A stretch of DNA of 32,000 nucleotides from Candidatus Saccharimonadota bacterium (GTDB taxonomy: Bacteria; Patescibacteriota; Microgenomatia; UBA1406; GWC2-37-13). Below, piece by piece: positions 16,899 through 23,341 of the stretch (positions are counted from its first letter, which is position 1; each line of letters starts with the position of its first letter). Location of the stretch: assembly GCA_016432445.1 (NCBI GenBank), contig CP066689.1:240001-272000 (forward strand), in the 5' to 3' direction. A program made the position numbers and the translations under genes. The notes beneath the pieces are model-generated. The model searched no databases. It was not told the DNA's origin and saw only the letters and a program-made list of their open reading frames with translations.

Positions 16899-17320
16899 AC
16901 AATTTTTTTGGCAATTTTTTTACTCTTCTTGATAAGAGTATACATAAAAGCTATTCCAAGTGCATCAATAAAGACATCTCGTAATGCTCCGTCTCTTGTT
17001 GGAACCAATAGCTGATGAAACTCATCAGAGGCAGCGTATATAAGGGCAATAAAAAAGGGATACCAATATATTTTTGAAGAGGAGTGTTTATTAGCGGACA
17101 AAAAAAAGGCTCTGAAAAGCAAAAAATATAAAATTGCATATTCAATTATATGTAATGTTTTAAATATTAAAAAATTTATAGTTTCTTCTTCAGACAAGGA
17201 TATGCGAGCACGGGAAGAGAAGTAAAAAATCACAATCATCCAGATAAAAACAGGAATCCAGTAAAATGTTTTCTTTAAAACTCTGTCCATAAGTTCATAA
17301 TACAATATTTTAAAAAACAT
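16895..17320 (-). CDS. VanZ-like family membrane protein
   Basis: KTLHIIEYAILYFLLFRA and ASDEFHQLLVPTRDGALRDVFIDALG match the VanZ-like pattern. An alternative start at 17290 is possible. ATGA overlap with the downstream gene. Confidence 0.7.
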   Translation of the reverse strand: MFFKILYYELMDRVLKKTFYWIPVFIWMIVIFYFSSRARISLSEEETINFLIFKTLHIIEYAILYFLLFRAFFLSANKHSSSKIYWYPFFIALIYAASDEFHQLLVPTRDGALRDVFIDALGIAFMYTLIKKSKKIAKKIV

Positions 17321-18657
17321 TTATAAATAATAGAAGAGAAAGCTAGTAGAGCAAATGAAAAGGAAGAAAAAGAGAGGCTTTTTATTATGGAGTAATTAAT
17401 AGATTTATTAAGTGTTGATGCTCCCAAAACTAATCCTTGACTATTGTGAGTTTCATACTGAGTTATCTTGGTGCTTAACTGAGGTGTATTTATTAATTGT
17501 AAATTTTTTTGAATATTAATCCTTTTACTAGATTGTGTTTGAGGGGTAAAAGACTTGATCGTCGGCTGAAGAGTTTGATTTGCGATTGTCGTAACGGTAG
17601 TATTTTCATCTTCATCTGCATTAGTTAACAGGCATGAATGGTTATTGTCACCTTTTGATGGTTCTTGAAGACAGATGGTATTTTCATTGATATTAATTTT
17701 TCCCCATGTTTTTCCTTTTTTTGAATCAGAATAGTTAAACTCATCCTTAATAGTATGATTAAAATCAAGTAGACGGACTGTGTCGCCACTGTTGTTAAAC
17801 ATAGCTGATGATAAACTGAAAACAGCGTATCCTTTAGCTTGAATATTTAAAGAAAAACTTTTTGGTGAGGAGCCACTGCCTGAGATATCATCTAAAAACC
17901 AGTTTTGAAGCTCTACGGAAAAATCATTATTGTTAAATAATTCAACCCATTCGCTTTCTCCAGTCTCAGGATAAACCATTGCCTCGGAAAGATAAATGTT
18001 ATCGTAAGAAGTTAGAGGAGTTGGGGAGAGTGGGAATGTTGGAGTAAGCGTTAAGCTTGGTGAAGGTATGGTTGTGGGTAAAGACGTTGGGATGATTGTT
18101 TCTGAAGTAGTTGGGATAAGTGTGGCTGAAGGAGTCGAGGTAAGTTCAGGAGTGGGAATTGTTTGAGCGATTGTTGGGGTTGGCTCAATCGCATAAGTTG
18201 GGGTAAGCGTTGGAGTTGAGGAAGGACAAGGGTTAGGTTGATTACGAGTGAGAGTTGTAACTATAGACCAAGAGCCGTTTCCATCAGGACAACGGGCATA
18301 TGACTTTTCATTATTAAAGCTTCCAGAATAGGTAATTATTTCAATTATTTCGTTTAAACTATTTTTTAAATTTAATGTATCACCTGAATTGTTTAATACG
18401 TTAGATGAAGTAGCACTAATAAAACTTAAAGGTCCTATGGTTGCTGGTAAAGTAATTTTGTTATTGGCGGCATCGGTTAAAGAATATCCTGAAATATCAA
18501 TTTGTTTATCTTCATCATTATAAAGCTCCACCCATTCCTCTTGCCCTGAAGAGGGAGCAGGGTAAATCTCATTTAATCTTAAGGCACCAAAAACTGGTCG
18601 GTTAATTAATAAATTAAGGAACAATAGAATGAAAACGATAAGATAATTAATTCTCAT
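17275..18657 (-). CDS. Surface protein with two lamin-tail-domain (LTD)-like modules, Pro/Thr-rich linker and C-terminal TM anchor
   Basis: Signal-like N-terminus. Two copies of the LxEAxxxP...EWVELxN...xGxxLxD pattern (LRLNEIYPAPSSGQEEWVELYNDED.. and IYLSEAMVYPETGESEWVELFNNND..). PT-rich spacer. Hydrophobic C-terminus. Confidence 0.7.
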   Translation of the reverse strand: MRINYLIVFILLFLNLLINRPVFGALRLNEIYPAPSSGQEEWVELYNDEDKQIDISGYSLTDAANNKITLPATIGPLSFISATSSNVLNNSGDTLNLKNSLNEIIEIITYSGSFNNEKSYARCPDGNGSWSIVTTLTRNQPNPCPSSTPTLTPTYAIEPTPTIAQTIPTPELTSTPSATLIPTTSETIIPTSLPTTIPSPSLTLTPTFPLSPTPLTSYDNIYLSEAMVYPETGESEWVELFNNNDFSVELQNWFLDDISGSGSSPKSFSLNIQAKGYAVFSLSSAMFNNSGDTVRLLDFNHTIKDEFNYSDSKKGKTWGKININENTICLQEPSKGDNNHSCLLTNADEDENTTVTTIANQTLQPTIKSFTPQTQSSKRINIQKNLQLINTPQLSTKITQYETHNSQGLVLGASTLNKSINYSIIKSLSFSSFSFALLAFSSIIYKCFLKYCIMNLWTEF

Positions 18658-18711
18658 AATAGGATAGTAATCTCATATCATGAGAATGACAATGGATTAT
18701 ATGCTAAAAAG

Positions 18712-19938
18712 TTATCTAAAAACACCGGCTACGAAGATAGATCCTTTGCTGTAATAATCAGAAAATTTTTTATCAGGGCCATAATAAGGATCATGCATAA
18801 TATAGTCATTACCTTCAAGTTTTTTAAGAATTACGTAATGTGTTCCATATTTTCCAGCATATAATCCAACAATCACAGGTCTGTCGTTTTTTATCTCATC
18901 CTCGATTGAGGATATAGGGATATTTGAATATTTCATTCCGTTTGGCCAACTAAACTGAGAAGGGTGAAGCATATAGGCAGTATTTGAGAAAAAATAACCC
19001 GGATCTGATGCAATATTGGCTGGAGTCCAATCAACTCCATACTTTTTCATTATCATAGCAACATCAGTTATAAGACAGCCTACTTCAAGGATACTGTCAC
19101 TTGAGTAACCCATGGTTTTGTATGCCCAGCGTTGATCACGCTGGGACATATACCATCCATCAGAACCAGATCCAAACCCATTAGCTGATATGGCTCCTCC
19201 TCCTGCAGTCTGAACGAAGGATTTAAAACCTGCTAATTGTTTCTGTGCAGTTGCCAAAAGCTGCTGGTAGGTGCTTTCGTCATTTCTTGTATCAGCCAAT
19301 AATTTTTGTTTTTGCACTTTTTGATTATCTAAATCCTGTTTTTGCGCGTTTAATGTATTTTGTAGTAAATCCAACTCTGCTTTCTTAGTTTCTCTTAATT
19401 TTTTCTGCTCTTCAAAATTAAGTTTAGATTCCTGTACTTGTACTAAAAGTTTTTGAGTATTTTCCTGAGTAGTTTTTTGATACTTAACTTTGCTTAAAAA
19501 ATCATTGGCAGTGTCGCTGTCAAAAAAAAGATTAAAAAGGGATGTTGATTGAGTTTTGTATCCTTGAACAATTCGTTTCAATAACATTTTGGATAAGTAG
19601 TTTAAAGAATTATCCAATCCTTCAATACGGCTGTTAATCAACTCAATCTCTTTTTGCGTATCTATTATTTTTTGTTCTGTAGCTTTAATCTTAAGGGTTG
19701 TTAAGTAAACTTGAGTATCCATAAACTGGATTTGAGAAGAAAGAGTATTGGCTTTATTGCGAAGATCGTTTACTTTTTGTTCACAAAGATTTTTTATTAT
19801 TTCCAGTTCTTTTTCATCCTGATATGTAAAGCCCGGTTTACATTCCACTGAGAGAACTTTAGATAATAAAAATGGAGAAAAGAATATAAAAAAAAGAAAA
19901 AAGATGCTAAGTATATTAATATAAATTCTTTTTTTCAT
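18712..19938 (-). CDS. Secreted or anchored coiled-coil protein with C-terminal C39-like (papain-fold) cysteine peptidase domain; putative FtsEX-associated cell-wall hydrolase
   Basis: Starts MKKRIYINILSIFFLFF (alternative ATG at 19956). Contains about 200 aa of heptad-rich coiled coil resembling PcsB/EnvC/CwlO N-termini. C-terminus has YMSQRDQRW..VGCLITDVAMIM..DRPVIVGL..GTHYVILKK..IMHDPYYG (Cys/His/Asp candidates). Lies directly downstream of ftsEX. Confidence 0.7.
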   Translation of the reverse strand: MKKRIYINILSIFFLFFIFFSPFLLSKVLSVECKPGFTYQDEKELEIIKNLCEQKVNDLRNKANTLSSQIQFMDTQVYLTTLKIKATEQKIIDTQKEIELINSRIEGLDNSLNYLSKMLLKRIVQGYKTQSTSLFNLFFDSDTANDFLSKVKYQKTTQENTQKLLVQVQESKLNFEEQKKLRETKKAELDLLQNTLNAQKQDLDNQKVQKQKLLADTRNDESTYQQLLATAQKQLAGFKSFVQTAGGGAISANGFGSGSDGWYMSQRDQRWAYKTMGYSSDSILEVGCLITDVAMIMKKYGVDWTPANIASDPGYFFSNTAYMLHPSQFSWPNGMKYSNIPISSIEDEIKNDRPVIVGLYAGKYGTHYVILKKLEGNDYIMHDPYYGPDKKFSDYYSKGSIFVAGVFR

Positions 19939-19942
19939 ATTT

Positions 19943-20000
19943 GATTCATGATTCATGATTCAAGAATATTCATGAATCGTTAATCTTGAATCGTGAATCA
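19943..20000. repeat. Heptamer-array inverted repeat between ftsX and the hydrolase gene
   Basis: GATTCAT GATTCAT GATTCAA on the left. CATGAAT CGTTAAT CTTGAAT CGTGAAT on the right. The 17-nt arms 19949..19965 and 19984..20000 pair at 16/17 positions plus one T.G. Confidence 0.8.
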
Positions 20001-20003
20001 TAG

Positions 20004-20900
20004 TTATTTGATATATTTTTGAGTGGCTAAAAGGCTGGCAATGGAAGATATGATAATTCCAAAAAGAGAAATAATACCAAAAAGCGAGCCCAAGAAAAGC
20101 GGATTTAAAGGCCAAACAGTAACTTGATAGGAATCAAAAAAACTTACGTTCAAACTATTAATTCCCCTGATATAAGAACCTATAAATGGGTTAAAATAGA
20201 ATAAAATTCCAAGGAAAATTACAGTAGCGCTGATAGCGGCTACTATTCCCATAAACATGGCTTCAAAAACAAAAGGCTTTTTAATATAGAAATTAGAAGC
20301 GCCCAAAAGTTTAAGAATCTCAATTTCATCTTTTTTTAAGGCAACTTTAAAATGCGTTATAGCAATAAGAACAATAATTGTGGTGAACATAAGCGAAGCA
20401 AAGAAAACCAAAGTTGTTTGTCTTATTATATTCGTTAGAGTAAGTAAACGGTCGATAATGACTTTTTGAAACTTAACTTCATCTACGCCCGGGCTTTTTT
20501 TTAAAAACTCAGCAATCTCAGACATAAAGGTTGGTTTTTTTGAATAAATTTCAAGAGAAGGTGGCAGAATATCTGAGGAAACCATTTCAAGAAGCAAAGG
20601 ATTATCTTTATTTGAATCTTTATAGATATTGAAAGCGTCTGGTTTGGATATATATTTTATTGATAAAACTTTTCCTGAAGACATAAGCTCATTTCTAACC
20701 TGAAAAATATCATTTTCTGCAGTATCGGCTTTAAAATAAACTGTAAGCTGGGGACGTGTTTCCACATAGCCTAAGAGTCCATAAAGAAAGCTTAATGAAA
20801 AAATAATAATGACAGACAAAAAAAGAGTTAAAAATAATATGAGAAAAGTAGCGAATGATTGATAAGGAGTCCTTCTTATTGAGATGAAAGCGCCGTTCAT
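20004..20900 (-). CDS. ftsX: Cell division permease-like protein FtsX
   Basis: 298 aa, 4 TM with a large first extracytoplasmic loop. GGAGG (complement of 20910..20914) lies 9 nt upstream. ATGA overlap with ftsE. Confidence 0.85.
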   Translation of the reverse strand: MNGAFISIRRTPYQSFATFLILFLTLFLSVIIIFSLSFLYGLLGYVETRPQLTVYFKADTAENDIFQVRNELMSSGKVLSIKYISKPDAFNIYKDSNKDNPLLLEMVSSDILPPSLEIYSKKPTFMSEIAEFLKKSPGVDEVKFQKVIIDRLLTLTNIIRQTTLVFFASLMFTTIIVLIAITHFKVALKKDEIEILKLLGASNFYIKKPFVFEAMFMGIVAAISATVIFLGILFYFNPFIGSYIRGINSLNVSFFDSYQVTVWPLNPLFLGSLFGIISLFGIIISSIASLLATQKYIK

Positions 20901-21574
20901 AGTTCATAACCTCCTTTTCTTTTATCAGCAATCAATTGACCTTCTTTTATGGCGATAACTCTTTTTTTTAAACTATTGACAATATCAGTGTTGTGGGTAG
21001 CGATGATTATTGTTTTTTTATCTTCAAGTTTCTTAAAAATTTTCATAATTTCCCAGGTTGTTTTAGGATCAAGATTGCCTGTGGGTTCATCAGCTAAAAT
21101 GATATCCCGTTCACCGATGACTGCTCTGGCAATAGCTACTCGCTGAAGTTCTCCCGCAGAGAGTTGAACCGGAAAAACGCGGGCTTTGGAAACTAGATTA
21201 ACTAACTCTAATGTTTTATGAACTTCTTCTTTTATCAGATTTTTAGGTGTGCCGCTAATCTCCAAACTAATGGCAATATTTTCAAAAACATTTCTGTCAG
21301 GCAAAATTTTAAAGTCCTGAAAAACAAAGCCTATTTTTTGTCTTAAACGTTCAACTTTATGAAATTTTGCAGATGAGATTTCTTCATTATCAATAAAGAT
21401 AGTTCCTGATGTAGGGATAATGTCTCTTGCCAGCATTTTAAGAATAGTTGTTTTACCTGCTCCAGATGGTCCGACTAAAAAAATAAACTCATTATCTTCA
21501 ATCTCAAAAGAAACATCATCTAAAGCATTATTACCTAGAGGATATGATTTGGTGACATTTTGAAATTGTATCAT
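20897..21574 (-). CDS. ftsE: Cell division ATP-binding protein FtsE
   Basis: ABC ATPase motifs GPSGAGKTT, LSAGELQRVAIARA and ILADEPTGNLD. Size and pairing with ftsX are typical. Confidence 0.9.
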   Translation of the reverse strand: MIQFQNVTKSYPLGNNALDDVSFEIEDNEFIFLVGPSGAGKTTILKMLARDIIPTSGTIFIDNEEISSAKFHKVERLRQKIGFVFQDFKILPDRNVFENIAISLEISGTPKNLIKEEVHKTLELVNLVSKARVFPVQLSAGELQRVAIARAVIGERDIILADEPTGNLDPKTTWEIMKIFKKLEDKKTIIIATHNTDIVNSLKKRVIAIKEGQLIADKRKGGYEL

Positions 21575-21996
21575 TGAAGAATCTCAACTAGTCCGACGTC
21601 CATAAGCCATCCTGCTTTTTCTCCGCTAAATGTCTCGCCCCAAACTCTTACTTTTCTGTCTGTGTATTGGTATAAATCTACCGTAGTTGAGGTAAGATAA
21701 ACATTCTGAGATTTACCACCGGGTCTTTCTAGATGAAAATTTCCTTCTCCATCAATTCCTCCTTCTTTTAAGATGCCTTCGGCTTTATCTTTAAAAGTTT
21801 TTTTGTCAGCAATACCAGCTGTCTTAGCAGGATTCTTTTTGGGAGAAGAGACAGCTTTTTGTATCGAACTTAAGAAAAATCCTCCGAATACGCCGACAAA
21901 GACTGCAATGGTGATCAATACAAAAAAAGGTTTGATAGAAAATTGTTTTTGAGATGTCTCACCTTCAAAGCTGTGAATGATTTTTGAGTCTGACAT
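21571..21996 (-). CDS. Hypothetical single-pass membrane protein, translationally coupled to ftsE
   Basis: 141 aa, one TM helix (FFVLITIAVFVGVFGGFFL), small beta-rich C-terminal domain. 4-nt overlap with the ftsE start. Confidence 0.6.
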   Translation of the reverse strand: MSDSKIIHSFEGETSQKQFSIKPFFVLITIAVFVGVFGGFFLSSIQKAVSSPKKNPAKTAGIADKKTFKDKAEGILKEGGIDGEGNFHLERPGGKSQNVYLTSTTVDLYQYTDRKVRVWGETFSGEKAGWLMDVGLVEILQ

Positions 21997-22046
21997 GCAT
22001 TTAGAATAACAGTTATTTTTTAAAAAAACAAGACAATTTTTTTAAT

Positions 22047-22157
22047 AAAAAAAATCCAAATGACAAATGTCAAATCAAATTCAAAGTTCAAATGTCAAAT
22101 TTCAAATCATTTAGATTTTGGATGTCATTTGTTATTTGGATTTTGACATTTGGATTT
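22047..22157. repeat. AT-rich inverted-repeat element, copy B (most complete; perfect 11-nt termini)
   Basis: AAATCCAAATG (22052..22062) and CATTTGGATTT (22147..22157). The 16-mer AAATCCAAATGTCAAA is on the minus strand at 22142..22157. The last 2 nt overlap the prfB stop codon. Confidence 0.75.
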
Positions 22158-23163
22158 ACTGTTTAAGATATGCTTCAATAAATCCTTCTATATCACCATC
22201 CAATACTTTATCTGTTTGAGTATTTTCATAATCAGTGCGCAGATCTTTGACTAATTTATACGGGTGAAGTACATAAGAGCGGATCTGAGTACCCCATGAG
22301 GCTATTTTATTGCCTTTAAATGATTCTATGGTATTTTGTTTTTTTTCTTGTTCCAGTTGCCATAACTTGGATCGTAATATTTTTAAAGCATTATCTCTAT
22401 TTTGACCTTGCTGGCGTTCAGTTTGACAAGCCACAACGATATTTGTTGGTTTATGAGTAAGTCTTACTGCAGTAGCAACCTTATTAACGTTTTGTCCTCC
22501 ATGGCCGCCGCTTCTGAAAAAATCCCATTGTAAGTCTTCTTCTTTTACCTCAACCTCCTTATTTTCAATCATTGGCAAAACTTCAACTAAGGCGAAAGAA
22601 GTTTGTCTCAATTTATCAGCGTTAAAGGGAGATTGTCTGACCAGACGGTGAGTACCAGCTTCTGCTTTTAAATATCCATAAGCAAAATCACCGTGGACAT
22701 TAAGAGTAATGCTTTTTATACCTGCCTCATCTCCTTCAACCCGGTCAATTTCTTCATATCTCCAGCCTTTTCTTTCAAAAAATCGGGTATACATGCGAAG
22801 CAGCATTGATGCCCAGTCCATGGCTTCAGTGCCTCCTTGACCCGAATGAATTGAAAAGATAGCATCACCTTTGTCATACTGGCCTGATAAAAAAAGCAGG
22901 ATTTCATACTGATTAATCAGTTTGGTAGCCTCTTCAAGTTCTCCTTCTTCAAATAAAAGTTGGATCATCTCAACATCTTCAATTTCTTTTTTAAGAGAAG
23001 CAATTCTTTTCATAGTATCTTTGGCTTCATCAGGATTTTGCCAAAAAGAAGCTTCATAAGTTTTTGCCTCCATTGAATTAAGAATTTCCTTTTTCTCAGG
23101 AAGGTTAATTTTTTTGAGGATTTTATCCAGTTTTCCTTGTAATTCTTCTTTATTTATTTCCAT
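22156..23163 (-). CDS. prfB: Peptide chain release factor 2, single frame without programmed frameshift
   Basis: SPF tripeptide (RQSPFNAD) and GGQ (GGHGGQNVNKV). Start placed at MEINKEELQ (23163). The upstream 37 codons of the ORF-track call are hydrophobic and non-homologous. Confidence 0.9.
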   Translation of the reverse strand: MEINKEELQGKLDKILKKINLPEKKEILNSMEAKTYEASFWQNPDEAKDTMKRIASLKKEIEDVEMIQLLFEEGELEEATKLINQYEILLFLSGQYDKGDAIFSIHSGQGGTEAMDWASMLLRMYTRFFERKGWRYEEIDRVEGDEAGIKSITLNVHGDFAYGYLKAEAGTHRLVRQSPFNADKLRQTSFALVEVLPMIENKEVEVKEEDLQWDFFRSGGHGGQNVNKVATAVRLTHKPTNIVVACQTERQQGQNRDNALKILRSKLWQLEQEKKQNTIESFKGNKIASWGTQIRSYVLHPYKLVKDLRTDYENTQTDKVLDGDIEGFIEAYLKQ

Positions 23164-23191
23164 AGTAAGCCTTATATTATACTTTAATCTG

Positions 23192-23317
23192 TTATGTTTT
23201 TCTTGTAAGATTGCGGTAAAGTTTACAAAAAGAAACAGTATAGTCATAAATAGGAATGGTGATTTTATAAGCAAGAAGATATTCGTATCCAGCTTTTCTT
23301 TTTAAAGCTTGATCCAT
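23192..23317 (-). pseudogene. 41-codon relic of a four-helix-bundle (23S rRNA IVS-type) protein gene
   Basis: Small ORF MDQALKRKAGYEYLLAYKITIPIYDYTVSFCKLYRNLTRKT*. The segment GYxxLxxYxxxxxIYDxTVxFCxxY resembles, from memory, the N-terminus of four-helix-bundle proteins (GYRKLKSFQVAQLVYDVTVRFCDRY). It is truncated by a stop just before the prfB promoter. Confidence 0.4.
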
Positions 23318-23341
23318 ACTTTTAGTCTATCATTTAATCCA

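Noticed and set aside
18000-18240. Repetitive GC-richer DNA (GGAGTAAGCGTT / GGGGTAAGCGTTGGAGT etc.) in the LTD gene, and a similar patch at 23630..23700
   Set aside because: It is explained by coding for Pro/Thr-rich linkers (TPTLTP repeats) on the minus strand and is not an independent DNA element.
18690-18701. 12-mer TATAATCCATTG shared between the LTD-gene upstream region (minus strand) and the XRE upstream region (27805..27816)
   Set aside because: A single 12-nt match in AT-rich sequence is within chance expectation for a 32-kb window read on both strands, and the flanks do not align.
23164-23274. 37-codon N-terminal extension of the prfB ORF (MLIKSPFLFMTILFLFVNF..)
   Set aside because: It is hydrophobic and unlike any RF2 N-terminus. 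The RF2-homologous sequence starts at MEINKEEL (23163), with a TATAAT box 12 nt upstream.
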